DNA of 64,000 bases from Eledone cirrhosa (GCA_964016885.1 OZ024743.1:95666001-95730000); one strand, 5' to 3'. Positions 26,291-41,114 are shown, numbered from the stretch's first letter. The notes: generated by a model from the sequence alone, not told the origin. Program-made: numbers and translations.

Positions 26291-27628
26291 TCAGACCAGA
26301 CACCTAACCCTGACCCCACCCTGTCTCACACATGGCTGCCCCGCTGGCGAATAGGGTGCTCTTGAGTAACCCCGGCCCCATTGATGCCTCGGCTCCCCAC
26401 TTGCCGATGGGGACTCTGGTGAGGAACAGTCGACCCTGTGTCCCACTTGCCAACTTGGGATTGGTGGCAGCATTGTTGCTGGGCGCCCTGGGGGCAGCTG
26501 ATGCCTGTGGTGTGGGATATTGCGAGTGCCTGGACCCACGTTGATTGGTCTGAGGAGGTACCGTCGGAGATACATATCAACAAATTCGGGAATTTGCCCA
26601 AGGGAACAGTAGCAGAGCACCCAATGTAGCGGCCGTTCCCTGCCTATAACCAATCACCCCCCTCCCCTAGTAAACCCCCGCCCCAATAGATCCCCCTCCC
26701 CATTCTCTCCCATTCATTTCTTTTGAGTTAGTTCTTTATTAATAAGGATTTTTTGTATATTACCACGGTTGACATAATGGCCTTGGAGAGTTGACTCCCT
26801 TGATGTCTTACCACTCGATAAGTTAGGGGTTGTGCCCCTTGAACAGGGGTGTGTCTTGCTGGTCTACCTGCTGTCTGCTACTACCCGAGACTGGACATGG
26901 TCGTAGCCACAGGCCTGCGCGTACGCGATAGCATGGAGTATGTATTTTCTGCTAGTCACCCCGTGTAATATGATACCCCAAGATTCCATGCACGGGATTC
27001 ACCGAAGCATGCGCAGACTTAACCGGGGGATGACATGAAAGTACCACAAGTGAGACCCTTTGGATAGCGTAGACACCGGACCATACCCGCAAATATCTGC
27101 ATATATACCGTGATCTGTCTTGAATATGCATGACTGACGGGATATAGAAGCAACATGGATAACACCACCACCATCTAAGCTAGAACCGACCCCTACAACA
27201 GACAAAGAAGGGACAGTCCTTAGCATTTGACCAGTCGCCTGTGAACTTGGAATTGCTGAGAGGAGGGGATAATAGCGAGAGACGCAATATACCACCCCAA
27301 TCAAGTCCATACTGGACTTTTTTAACCAATATATCATGTACACCAATATATCCTATACAGCAAGACCTTGGATTTAGAACCGGCAGGCTGATCTATCGCA
27401 AACGCGTGCAATCCCCGAAACTAAAAGATCGAACGGACCACACCCTGCGACCACTAGCTATTTGATCCGCAGGTACATTTCCCAGAGAGTCCACACAGCT
27501 GACAGTGAATCCCAGTTGATTCGTGAACTCGGAACTTTTCAACAAGACCAACTGTGCCTGGAGCTATGCAGATGACTGCATGCGCACAATGGATATCGCA
27601 CCCACAAGGTCACCTGTATTGTTCATCT

Positions 27629-27880
27629 TGCTGTATGTGTGTAAAGTATCCGTGCGTGGGATATCCCTGAGTAAATTTGCTTGACTGTTAATTGTTTATT
27701 GATTGTTTGTTAATTAGACAGGAATATACTATTATGTCTTTGTTAATCCTATGTGTTGCTGTATGTGTGTAAAGTATCCGTGTGTGGGATATCCCTGAGT
27801 AAATTTGCTTGACTGTTAATTGTTTATTGATTGTTTGTTAATTAGGCAGGAATATATTATTATGTCTTTGTTAATCCTAT
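27629..27880. repeat. Tandem duplication of about 128 bp
   Basis: tgctgtatgtgtgtaaagtatccgtg...gttaatcctat occurs twice in a row. Confidence 0.9.
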
Positions 27881-29059
27881 ATTAATAATTTTTTGATAAT
27901 ACATTATTAGATTACTGAAGCTACCTTATACCTTCTTAAAAATACATTTTATAATTATTGTCTTTTTGCTTATATATTTTCTTACTTATCATTTTCTTTA
28001 ATCTTGCCCAACTTGATAAGCTCTTTGAATTGCTCCTTAATTAGATTACTTAAATTACTTAAATTCCTTTATCTATTATACCTAAGTTGTATCTGTTGAA
28101 GCAGCCCTTTGAAAATTCCTCGGATCTCCCAAATCCCGTAATTTTTAACTTTTAATTTGTAATTTTCCTTAATTCATTTATATATATTTTTAAAGGTTCT
28201 CTAAAATTTTAATTCTTTGAAGCGTCTTTCGGAAGAGGTTTTTATTTAAAATATTAAAGGGGCCTTTTCTGAGGGATTTTTTGAAGGCTTTTTGAATTAA
28301 CCTTTAATTGATTAATTTCTTTCAACTATTTATTTCTTAATTTTTTAAATTAAATTTAATGTTCAACCCCTTAATCGTTAATTTTTAATCTTGGATATAT
28401 AAGATTGCTTAATCTTAAATTCATTAATTTTTTTAATTTCAGGGTTTGGAACTCTTAAAATTCAAATCCTAACTTAAATCTTAATCTTTATATTATGGAC
28501 TCCCTAAATCATTAACTTTATTGACCTCTTAAATCTTATTGAAAGTTCTTTTCCCTAATTTTTAATTTTTAATTTTTGAGTTTAGAAATTTCGTAGGGAT
28601 TATTAAATCTTCGTAAATTTTGTAAAAAATTTTAAGGGATCTCTTAGAATAAAAATTTTTTTTTTTTTCTTTTGAAGGAATTTTTTAGGAAACTTTTTAT
28701 TTTTATTTTTTTATTCTTTTAATCTCTTCTGGTTTGTTAGGTTTATTGGGGCTTATAAGCTTTTTGCGCTTATTGAGGGATTTTTAAGGTGCTTTTACGA
28801 GATCCCAAGTCTTTTACTTTTAATGCGTAACTTATAAATTCTTTAATTTTTAACCTTCAATCCTCTTAGGCCCTTTTCAAATTCTCTTAACTCCCTATAG
28901 CCTATCCCTTTTACAACGCCTACAACTAATATAAAAGTGTCCCCTTAGAATATAGACCCCAAATATACAAGCTGAGCTGTTGATGTATACCACGATTTCA
29001 AACTGCTAATCTTGAGTGAAACGTTGATGTAAATAATTAACTTACAATCACCTGTTATA

Positions 29060-29106
29060 TGCCTTGAAAAGTCCCACCATATGGTCGGACGAAACGGCTG
29101 TCGGCA
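29060..29106 (+). ncRNA. PLE-3 hammerhead, U3-A8 variant (mirror copy at 24424-24470, minus)
   Basis: tgcc-TTGAAAA-gtcc-caccatatggtc-ggac-GAAA-cggctg-TC-ggca, overlapping AATAAA. Confidence 0.8.
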
Positions 29107-29262
29107 ATAAACTTGTTATAATGTCATAATAGTTCCTTTGTTCTTTTTCATTAATATATATATATATATATATATATATTGATAGATAGATAGATAGATA
29201 TATAAATATATAATATGGACGAACAAATATATGCTGGTTTAACGTTATATATATATATATAT

Positions 29263-29461
29263 ATTGTTATACTTTGGGAGGGTCATGTTGCCAATAAAAA
29301 GCACACGCACCAGTTGCTTTCACTTCAATTTATTATAATAAATTTATAATAAATTTATAAATTTATAAATTTCTGGTTGGTTGGTTGGTTCCACAACCAG
29401 ATAGTTGTTTATATATTGTCATAGTTCTTTCGTCACACACTCTGTGACCTCTTCAGAAACG

Positions 29462-29466
<5 letters not shown>
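29263..29466 (-). mobile_element. Solo PLE-2 pLTR fragment
   Basis: Highly similar to 20397-20571 and flanked by (TA)n. Confidence 0.85.
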
Positions 29467-29530
<64 letters not shown>

Positions 29531-29531
<1 letters not shown>

Positions 29532-29788
29532 GGGTGTGTATGATTGTGTATAGAAGATTATATTAATAAAAGGAGTTCCAACTTTGTCTGATTTACTCGT
29601 TTTATTTACAATCCTTTAAAATTTATAATGGTATTAGAATGAAATAGTATGGTAGAATATTAAATGTTAAGTGTTAATTGACACTTAACATTTAATATTC
29701 TACCATACTATTTCATTCTAATACCATTATAAATTTTAAAGGATTGTAAATAAAACGAGTAAATCAGACAAAGTTGGAATTCCTTTTA

Positions 29789-29795
<7 letters not shown>
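29531..29795. repeat. Fold-back element in a (TA)n tract
   Basis: An approximately 235-bp near-perfect palindrome centred on aagtg-ttaattga-cactt, plus a short one-sided tail. Confidence 0.85.
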
Positions 29796-29852
<57 letters not shown>

Positions 29853-29988
29853 TATGAGAATTGACTTCCTGATGACGAAAGGTATTCTCCATGTTCCATT
29901 CGGAAACCATGTTTATTCCCTTTCAGAAACTAATTAGTTGGGGTGAAATTTAAGTAAGTTAATCTTTATAATTTTCTTATTTTACCTC

Positions 29989-30083
<95 letters not shown>

Positions 30084-30469
30084 GTATGTAAAAAGTAAAC
30101 AGAAATAACCACATAATGGGTACATTATATGGAAGGGATACATTAGGTTAACGCTTGATATATATATATATATATATGACCTGCCCACCCTGCCTTTTGT
30201 CTTTGCACACGGCACCAGACAATTATTTCTTCCATCATTCGCTTTCATTTCGGAATGGTTTTGTATGGCGTCAGTTTGTGATTTGAACTGGGGAATTTTA
30301 TATTCTCAGAGAGAGAAGAGCCCTCTGAAGATTGCTCCCTTCTCAATGGAAATCCGCTTGGATATTCCGTTTATTCTGGAGCATGAAACCGCGGTAAAGG
30401 CACATATAGTAAGTACTGCGAATTTTTTAAAATTTATTTTAAAACATTTTCTCCATTTGCTAGACCTTG

Positions 30470-30522
<53 letters not shown>

Positions 30523-30972
30523 AATTATAAGAATTGTGTGTATGTGTATCTATGTGTGCATATATGTACGAACTACTGCATAGAAAGAGTGAAAGAAGAG
30601 ACAGAGAGAAAGAAAGAAGAGCTAGTGTAAATGAACGTCACAGAGACTCTGGAGTGTGTTTTATAAAAATTTAAACACGTTTTTAGCTGTTCCATTTCTC
30701 ACAATATTTTCCTTCGCATTTTTTTCTTGGTAGAGCAACAACTTTTACTTCAGTTTTTAAATATATTATTGTATTACTATATATACATATATTCATGAAT
30801 ACACATTTATTGTGGACAATTTTTTAGATATAGAAATATAACTGTATGTTGTAACAATAGCGTGTGGTGTCTCTGCGTACTTTTATTAATTTTTATTGTT
30901 TTTTTCTGTATTCGTATAGAAACATCTGGTCAGTTTTTATGGCAATGAAAACAAAAAAAGAAGCAAACACAT

Positions 30973-31021
<49 letters not shown>

Positions 31022-31797
31022 AAATAGACACACAAACTATAAACAAATACATATTAAAAACACACACAGACTTGGGCACACACATTTAAACACGTATAGG
31101 GCTTTAACTCTTTAATACACACACAGAGACACACACAGACACACACACATATATATAGGTTAGGGATTGTAACGTCAAATCACTGTAGGTTCACCACAGT
31201 GAGCACTCGATGTATAGTTTCCAGTATATACTTTGTGGTTGTACTAAACAGAGTATAATATTAATGATACGTATGGACGAGGTGTCAAATTATTATTAAG
31301 TTTATTCAGGTGTGGCGTGTGATTCGTGATTGATCGGCTCAAGGTTCGATCTCTATCGATCGAATCAGACTCTGGAATCAAAAGCTCATCAGACTTCTGT
31401 TAGATTATAAGCACACAAACATATACACAACATACACACAATGCATTTCCTATCTCAGTCATGTTGCTACAATAAGAAGTTCGCTTTCTAATCGCGAAGT
31501 CTTGGTTTCCGACCCTACATTTATTCCTGTAAATGGATATTTTTCCAAAGTTACTCATAAGTTGAATGCTATATGTCTTTTGTTCATATATGAGAGGATA
31601 TATGTTATTATACCCCCCCCCCCAAAAAAAAAATATATATTAATAAAATATCATTCTTATCTATAATCACTTTCACTTGTCATTAATCACCATAAACTAT
31701 AAGAATGGATTTATTTTATGCAAACCATTAATTTATCAAAATGTAAATTCTCCAGTTTATATGATTATTTATATATCTGGTAGCCCTGGTATATGAG

Positions 31798-31964
31798 CAG
31801 TGCCGGATTTAGGACAAATGAAGCCCTGTGCTAGTTAAGTTATGAGACCTCAAACATTTGAAAAATTCATCGTAAAACCTTTTGGGAGCAAGAAGATAGC
31901 CCGCCTCTGACCAACAGGACCCTGTGCTTAAGCACACCTAAGGCCAATGATAAACCCGACACTA
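31798..31964. mobile_element. Possible hAT (Tip100-like) MITE
   Basis: Imperfect TIRs cagtgccggattta / taaacccgacact. No TSD could be confirmed. Confidence 0.35.
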
Positions 31965-32244
31965 AGACATACCAATCCTGGACTCCAAAGGTTTAATAGG
32001 TTCAACGCTATTGCAGCTAAATGGCGCTGTTTCACTAGTTATTACTATAATACACGACCGTATTTTATTGATTACGCCATTTTCATATCACTAACATTAT
32101 CTCAGTGTTTCCTGCCTGTTATAACATCAGTTTCACGAATATCATTTTGATTAGAATCCGATTTCTAAACCAGATTTAGAATTACAATAATAGAATTCTG
32201 TTTTTGTTTTTAATTTTTTTTTAAAGTTTAATATGTTACAACAT

Positions 32245-32545
32245 TCGTTTCGCAATCATTAGGTCCCGAGATCGCTCCTATTGTGAAGTATTTTAGGCAA
32301 GTGTCTTGTACCGTAACCTCGGTCCGACCTAAACCTTAAATAAAATTGGGTAAACGGCATCTGTTTGGAATCCCGTCAGATGGAATATACCTGTAATTCA
32401 AAGGGTCAACTCTGTCACACACACTGACGTGCTGAATCTCCTCGGGAATCACATTAAAGGTACACGTGTCTTTAGAATACTCATTCTATGAGCAGGCTGA
32501 TCGAAAAACGCTCAGTTTTTGAACGCTTATCATCGAAACCGACTG
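32245..32545 (+). mobile_element. tRNA-derived SINE family B (diverged)
   Basis: Shared body cctgtaattcaaaggg...gtcacac...aagggtacacgtgtct...aatttcacgag. Other copies lie at about 34345-34990 (-), 37400-37680, 45210-45540, 47570-47850, 50400-50830, 56080-56390 (-) and 59400-59730 (-). Confidence 0.6.
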
Positions 32546-32584
32546 CCATCTATGTTACGAGTTAACTATATTACAATAATCTCT

Positions 32585-32762
32585 CTCCAACAGACTACAC
32601 CCGACTTCAGCTTCAACAGACTATACCCGACTTCAGCTCCAACAGACTACACCCGACTTCAGCTCCAACAGACTACACCCGACTTCAACTCCAACAGACT
32701 ACACCCGACTTCAGCTCCAACAGACTACACTCGGCTTCAGCTCCAATAGACTACACCCGGCT
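32585..32762. repeat. 26-bp minisatellite, about 7 copies
   Basis: Unit ctccaacagactacacccgacttcag. Confidence 0.92.
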
Positions 32763-34506
32763 TTAGAAATAATTTATTTCTGTCAACTTGACCTTCGTTG
32801 ACAACGCCTACGGTTACGACATCTAAGTTTTAGTTAATAAAACTAACGAATGGATTTATATTGATATCAAAGTGATATGGTAAAATAATATTCTTTAATT
32901 TTTGTTTGTATTTTTTTTTTGTATCGATTATTTTCCATTTCTCACCTGTGCAAAATACTTTCCTATTGATTTAGATTTAAAGCAAACAGGAACTTAGCTG
33001 TAGCAGTGTTAAGACAGAATGTTGCAGACTTTCAAAATTGTCGATTGCCTCATGCTTCTTTGCCAACTGCTGTTGTTTGGAATACTCAGTGTCATTAGCC
33101 ATTTAATAGGATCGCTATATATTGAGGCAAATAACTGTGTGTATGTACGTCTATGTATTTACTTATGTACGTCTATGTGCGTATATGTGTGTCCATGTGC
33201 TAGTATGTCAGTCGTTTGTATATGTGAGGGAATGTGAGAATCTGTACATATGTCGTGTGTGCATGTATGTGTGGGTATGTTTATACTAGTGTATGTGCTA
33301 GATACGTTGTGTATGTGCTAGATTTGCTGTGCGTTTGCGTACATCTATTGGTATTTTGTGTGTAAGAGTGTGTATGAATAGCTGTGTGTACTGTGTGTGT
33401 ATATGTTTCTGTATATGAGAGTGTGTGAGTAAGTTATGTGTGTGTCTTTGTGTATGTCTGTGAGTATTTTGTGTTTGTAAGAATGTGTGAGCATCTGTAT
33501 ATGTATTATATTTACATGTGTGCGAATGTGTGTGTATGTATGTGTATGTATGTATGTATGTGAAAATGTGTGAAGATGTATAAATGTGTTTTGTATGTGT
33601 AAGAAAGTGTGTATGGACGTGTGAATGTGCTCTTTCTTCTTCTCCCCATTACCCCCCTCTCTCTCTCTCTTTCTGTCCGCACGTGTGTGTGTATTTGATT
33701 AATTGTTTGAAGAACTACGAGCAAGCAAGTGATTCGGTTTAGAAAGATACATATATATAGATTATTCAGCACAAGTATTTGTGACATCTCATTAAGATTC
33801 CTCCCGCTGAGACGGTGAGTTAGTGACTAAACCCCCTACTAACAGAATCATTAGTACCTTAGTTTCAAATCGACCTCGTTTATACTGAAATGTTAATGCC
33901 ATATAACGACAGAGACGTAAGCAGCTGTGCGAAACTTTTACTTGCATTCAATGATTTTATTGCATTGTGTTGCAGCCGTCGATCAACATGGAACTCAGAA
34001 ACAACAATACCTCATGATAATCTGTCACTTTTCTAACCAGAATTTCAATAAAAATGACTCCTATGTTAAAACACACACATAGACACACACACAGAAACAC
34101 ACACACACACATAGACACATACACACACATAGACACACACATAGACACACACGCGCGCGCGCACACACATACACACACACACACACACATAGAGTCACAC
34201 ACACATAGACACACACACAAACGCACACACACACATAGAGACACACACAAAGACACACGCACGCACACACACACAAACACACACACACACACAAAGACAC
34301 ACAAACACACAAAGACACACACACGCACACACACACACATGATATTGACCTTCGTCAGTTTCGACGGTGAGTATTCCAGTTGTTCGATCAATGGAACAGC
34401 CAGCACATGAAATTAACGTGTGAGTGACTGAGCATTCCACTGATACGTGTTCCTTTACGGGGAGATCATGTGTGATATTGTGCGACAAGGTTGGTCCTTT
34501 TAATTA

Positions 34507-34822
34507 CATGTCTTGAATAATTTTGCTGATTTTTCCAACCCCGCCACTTTTATTACACCCTCACCCACCTCGCTTAGTAAATTTTGTTAATCTATATCTG
34601 GTGAAATTTTATTGTAAGTCATTCATATTGTAACAGCAGCTGGAGAATCTAATAATAATTATATTTTACATTAAAAAACATTATATATGACAAAAAAAGA
34701 ACGTTACAAAAAAAATCCCATATTTACGAATGTACACTATACAATTACAAATTCCCCCACCCCCGCTTATAAGAATTTAAGCAAATTTCCAACTTCCACC
34801 CCTGTTATTTGGGACCCGATAG
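34507..34822. mobile_element. Insertion interrupting a family-B SINE, possibly a Tc1/mariner-type MITE
   Basis: SINE homology stops at ...taattaca (about 34508) and resumes at tacagtccatcc (about 34822). The TIRs are poorly preserved. Confidence 0.3.
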
Positions 34823-34989
34823 TACAGTCCATCCGGCGAGTTTCCAAATAGTTTTCATCGAATCAATTTACGCACAAGCGAAGGTCGACTCAAGACTATG
34901 CTAAACGACATTCGCCATTACTGTGAGGCAGTGGGACCGAATTCTGGACCTGATGCTTGCAAGGTGAACTTCTTAACCATTCGGCCTGG

Positions 34990-35043
<54 letters not shown>

Positions 35044-35756
35044 GAATTTCTCAGAAAATATAGCAATATCAGGTTTTGTGGTGTTCATATTGACGTTATA
35101 GTTTCTAATGTCATATTCTAGGCTTCACAGGTCATTCAGTATCGATGTAAAATAGCTAGCAAGGCAGCAGCAGTATCTCATCACTACACATCAATACATC
35201 TTTATATATACCTTAGCTATATAAAAATAAAAAAATGTTTTACAAATGAAATTAAAGAAACCATTAAAAAAGTAACAAATTGAGTAACTAATTTTGAAAT
35301 ATATAGATGTGAAATACTACTTCAATTATATATCATCAATCCATGGTGGACGTCATGGTACACTCACAAAAAGCATGTAACCCCTCGGTATTCTATATAA
35401 AAATACGTTGCAGCAGCATATGGCGTGATTTCTCTGGCTTTATTGTACTCTTGCATGAAAAATTCAGTACCAAACCATGCCAGGGTTTACGATGAATAGA
35501 ATTGGAATCCATAGAAGTTGTTGTATATATATGAATCAATTTCTAATGTCCCTTATGCTTAGATACAGAGACAACTGAATAATGCAAAAAAAACTGAGAA
35601 CAAATGATGTGAGACTATAGATCTCTGCCTATTGAATTAACCCTAGTTTCTATCTCATCACTGAAGAAATGTATTCTGAGAAAATAATCTAACATAGAAA
35701 TGTAGAAATATACGTAAGAAATCAGTTCAACAATGATGTTATTAAATGTAGAATAT

Positions 35757-35788
<32 letters not shown>

Positions 35789-35844
35789 CATACATACACA
35801 TACAGACACACATATACATACATACATATATATATTATATATAT

Positions 35845-35988
35845 ATATTTATTAAAATAACAGATTAAAGTTTTAAAATTTAATCTGTTATTTTAATAAA
35901 TATTTGCTCTACGGTTCTTATATATTTGATATATATTTATCCTTATCGAGCCCTCTTTGGATTTTAGTCTTCAAATTTATTATTATTA

Positions 35989-35995
<7 letters not shown>
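35845..35995 (+). repeat. Short fold-back plus tail in a TA tract; tail homolog at about 63490-63570 (-)
   Basis: An approximately 58-bp palindrome is followed by aatatttgctctacggttcttatatatttgatatatatttatccttatcgagccctctttgg. Confidence 0.6.
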
Positions 35996-36364
<369 letters not shown>

Positions 36365-36367
36365 ATG

Positions 36368-36757
36368 TAGGAGGTGAGTTTTATTGTAGCACAATAAAGC
36401 AATGCAAATATCGGATAAGTAGCACTCAACAGTTTATAGGACTGGAGTATAAATAATATAAGATCAAAAGATGGTTAAAAGAGTTCCATATATTTTATTA
36501 TGCGCATTTCAAAAACAAATATCATCATGGGATGATATTTGCGTTCTCATTTAGATAAAATAAGGAGACATGATATGAAGCTTAAAAAACACTTGCGATA
36601 TGTTGATTTAACACTTCACTGCTCGCAAGTGTTTTTTAAGCTTCATATCATGTCTCCCTATTTTATCTGATGAGAACGCAAATATCATCCCATGATAATG
36701 TTTGTTTTTGAAATGCGCATAATAAAATACACAGAACTCTTTTAACCATCTTTTGAT

Positions 36758-36762
<5 letters not shown>
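36368..36762. mobile_element. Fold-back PLE-terminus element
   Basis: Arms at about 36457-36598 and 36623-36762 with several mismatches, a left tail, and (TA)n flanks. Confidence 0.75.
36659..36729 (+). ncRNA. Type I hammerhead ribozyme
   Basis: tattttat-CTGATGA-gaacgcaaatatcatcccatgataatgtttgttttt-GAAA-tgcgca-TA-ataaaata. Stem I is 8 bp and stem III is palindromic. The mirror copy in the left arm has a mutated core. Confidence 0.8.
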
Positions 36763-36840
<78 letters not shown>

Positions 36841-39800
36841 GTGCAAACACACATCGTTATTACATTGGAATCATTGTATTATATGTTCCTATGGTGTATA
36901 TGTAGATAGAAATAGCAATGGAAACTGAAGCAGGTCATGATTTCTGATTTGTAAAACAATTAGACAAGAGGGTTATTAATGGAAGACACTATAATCTATT
37001 ATTGGTTTGTATACTTTTAATGTATTATCATTCATTTGATTACTGCCCATTATCTCTGAGGATGCGAAATATAAACCATGAATTATAAGCCCTAACATTT
37101 TACACACTTATTGCTAATTTAAGTAAGCAGTTCTGTAAGCTCAGGTGGTTAATTGGGAAGATTGGTAATAACTATCCTTTAACGTAACATAAATTAAATG
37201 GAGGATTTTTGTGCGAGCTCCGAAGGAATCCTTCCTTTGAGCACCTGAATGCACTACATTTAGAATATTCCTCATCCCTCATCCCTCTTCCTCACCTAGT
37301 TTATTTCAATTTCATGTTTTAGCTTAAATCGTCATTAGGTGTGACGGAAGTTGTTTTAATATTACTAAATATCCACGTTGTATATTCCTACGAGTTATGT
37401 TCATGTGGTTGGACGCAACACGGCTGAATTCGTTTCACGACCATTACGTCCAGGGTTGACCCAAGCTTTTTTTTAGTGAAATTGAGGTGGAAACTGTTGG
37501 AAGCTCGTCAGATAGACTGTACCTGTAATTCAAAATGCAAGTCTTATCACATACTCTGTCATGCTAAATTCCCATAAAATAATATTAAGAATACACGTGT
37601 CTCTGGAATGCTCAGTCATGTACACGTTAATGTCACGTGCTGGCTATTTCGTTGATCAAAGAACTGGAACACTGATTCTGTTCATGTGGGCAGTGCATTT
37701 TAAGTGAGGTTCTCAATTGTATGTTTGTATGTGGATGACATGTATAAGTGCAAGATTCGGATGTGATAAAAGACAAGGTCAACATCATATTCAGCATAGG
37801 AGTGCGCATGCGTTTTAGGATATACCGATAGTAGCTGATTCATGCGTGGAAGAGAGATAATGAGGGAAATAGGGAAACCGAGAGACAGAGAATTCTTTTT
37901 ATTAATTTCCTTTATATTTACTAATATATGTTTGACATTAAACAAGAAAACAATTTTAGGGTAAAATAAGTGATTGTCTTTATCGACAACATTGATTTAG
38001 TAAAACCTAGCAATTCTATTCCATGGAGGGAGGAAAATATTGAAGTTTAAAACAAATCCCTTTATGATAGAGTGAATATACTAAGTTTAGCTGTTAAGAT
38101 TTTTATCTATTTCTGTTGTTCTGCGTTAATACAAATCTATATCCATAAATTTAAGATGTCTGGAAAGTTCTGAAACGTTTGACGAATGTGATCTTGTCTA
38201 TCAAGGTGACAAAAACTTTTGCTCCGCAGTTTGGTTCCTGTTAGTAGGTTTGTTATTCTTTCTTAATCTGTAATCGATGTTTAAAAATATATCATATTTA
38301 ATAGACTTAACGACCTGCTGCAACATATCAAAAAGTTATAAATTAATAAAGGAAGAGAATGAGATGCAGTGACGTGAATTCCTTTCGGAAAAGATTTGAT
38401 GGAGTAGAAGTGAATTGTTTCAGCCAAGCGACAAAACTAGATAGTAATCTCTGCTTACTGGAAGCCATCATACCATTTAGTTTTTACCACTGCCATGAAG
38501 ATTTCGATTATTTCTTTTAATATCCGTAATTAGTAAAGACGTACGATTGGTCCTAATTAGTACTTATTTAAACGACTCTGATAGAATAAAATTATAAGAC
38601 AGATCCTGCCTTGGTTTGAACTCAGAACATCAACAAATAAACGCAAATACTGCAAACTCAATACAGTTTCTTGTAAGACAACATTAATATGCCACAGAAT
38701 TTCTTATAGAAAATGTGATTGTTCTCCCCGGTGTAATTTTTGCGTATAACAGTGAAAATATTTGAATAAAAAATACAGCAAACTATAGCTGTAGAGAAGT
38801 TCATCTGTAGCTAATTTAAAATGTATTCGTCAACGCTGTCATCAACGTCACGATTTTGAATAGCTAGGAGCTCTTCTCCTAGGCAAACACTAAAGCGGTT
38901 TGTAGAAAGCACGATTCTCTGGGAAAAAAAATTCTGAAAATGTGAAGACTTAATATATGAATATACCATCAGTTTCCTGGGAGCTGAAGGGAATTCTAAT
39001 GTTAGTGCTTCAGGTGAGACATTAGTGTCGAAGGAATATTTGACATTAGTCATTACCTTTATGACGATACATTGTTGTATATGCTCACACAGAATCTGAA
39101 AATAGGAAGAGAATGAAATGCACGGAATAACCTGGAACTATCTAAAAGTGAAAAGTTATCAAAATATCAACTTACATGAGAAAGGAAGGTTAATTGAATG
39201 AATGAAGCAGACGTTATGTCAGTATTAACGTCTGCTTATCTATTTCTAACTCACTCCAACTATCTCCAACTATCTATTGATCGCAGTCGCTGACTCATGA
39301 TATATTTTAAAATTACAGAAAGATCTAGAATATTCTTTTCAACCACTCCAGCACTGCTTCTTTATATGATTATCCAGCCTCTATATTTGGGAATTGTCAG
39401 GAAAGCAAACAGCTTCTATTTCGGTTGTAAATATGGCATAAGTAGACGAGGAGTAAGTGTTCTCACAGCAACCCCGCCACCCACTATCTACAATCAGCCA
39501 TCACCTTTTATTCTGAAATCTTTATTGATCTCTTCCCTGAAGAAAAGGTATTAAGGTGTGTCATCACTTGCTCAACATCTGAACTAATGGAGTAAAGTTG
39601 TTGTACTTCTCTATTCTCAAGTATATTGTTTACCTCTCACGACATACATAGACAGGTTTCAATTTCTAACATCTAAATCACTAATCTCAGGTCTCTATGT
39701 CAGGCAACCTCAATTATGAATGGGGTAAAAATGTGATTCGCTTTAATTATGAACGTATTGACAAACTAAATAGCTAAATTATATATACATTGATTATGTT

Positions 39801-40817
39801 GTTTTATTTGTTTTTAGTGGGACAAAAAGAGAGGAAGATGTTAAATTATTTAAAATAAATAATAAAAAATATCTAACAAATTATCATCGCTAATTATCAT
39901 CATTTTTATGTCGACTATTCCATATTGGTATGGGTTGAACGGAATTTTTTTTATGTAATTTTTTAGAGAAGAATGTCCTTGCTAACGCCAACCTTTTTGT
40001 CGACTTTTACGGCATGCAAGTGTACCTTATCTAAACTGGATGGATTGAACCAGAGTATAAAAACTGTACTCGGCAGACACGGTTAAAAACTTGTTCTTCG
40101 TTCTATTTGTGTCTCCTGCTCCACCTTATTTTCATTTTCCTTTTCATACTCATCATCATCATCGTTATCATTATCAACATATGCGGGTTTCGATATATGG
40201 ATGAGAATTAACCCTAAACAGCCGGAATGAAGAAAATGACATATCTGCTTATTGACAAATTCAATCTTCATATTGATAACTAAAGGTGAATGTCAACATT
40301 GTTTTACATTCAACTCAGTCAACGTTGTTCAGGCAAAACAGAAAGTTGGTGGCAATAATAGCAGCTGCTTTCTATTGTCTACATCAGAAGTCATTGTGTT
40401 GGGGGGGGGGGGGGGTCTTGTACTTGTGGTTTCGCTACACTCCCCCACTGTCACAGCAGCCATCACCTTATATTTGTTGTTGTTGTTATTGAACCGCCAT
40501 CGGTTCCGACAACCTATATTCCAGTTGTTCTAGTTGTAATCATGCTCGTGAAATCAACGTGCACGTGGCTGAGCATTCCAGTCACGTGAACCAAAAGCAA
40601 CGGTAGGGAGTGTTTTGAGACATATTTAGATATTTTAATGTATATTTGGTAGACGCAACATGACCGAATCGTTATACATTTCGCTCCGTAATCATTGTGT
40701 CTCAGGTTCGACCCAACTGCGTGGCACCTTGGGCAAGTGACATTTAACTGTCACAGATCGTCGTAAACCTTGTGAGAGAAATGGGTAGGCGGAGGCTGTT
40801 TGGAAGCCCATAGGATT

Positions 40818-40870
<53 letters not shown>

Positions 40871-41056
40871 TTTGTTGGTTCACCACTGGATAGAACTGGT
40901 CATTCCGTATGGTCAATCTCGATGTAATATTAGGGAGAGTACTCAACGTAGTGCAGTTCACCCGTCTTCGTTTGTGTAGTTGGTGGTGCGAGTACGGAGT
41001 TAATTCTTATAAAATAACAGGAGGCTGGACAGGTGTAATTCCTTAAAAGGTTTATT

Positions 41057-41114
41057 ATACTATGATCATTTCAATGAGCGGGTTCAGTATGAATCCGGTG
41101 ACATCATCAGGTAT
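41057..41114 (-). ncRNA. Type I hammerhead ribozyme in a PLE pLTR remnant (about 40869-41510)
   Basis: atac-CTGATGA-tgtcac-cggattca-tac-tgaacccg-ctcatt-GAAA-tgatca-TA-gtat-AATAAA. Confidence 0.72.

Larger units (their letters stand above)
24292..29155 (+). mobile_element. Penelope-like retroelement PLE-3 (related to PLE-1), 5'-truncated, inverted pLTR, long 3' region
   Basis: About 24375-25049 is the reverse complement of about 28513-29155. The coding remnant is homologous to PLE-1, both arms carry an HHR, and the flanks are (TA)n. Confidence 0.85.

Noticed and set aside
29855-29930. Further HHR-like cores (29868 plus; also about 12469 plus, 31330-31395 minus, 37056 plus, 53043-53096 minus)
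   Set aside because: CTGANGA is present, but the GAAA is mutated or missing, or stems I and III cannot be paired. They are probably decayed HHRs and were not counted.
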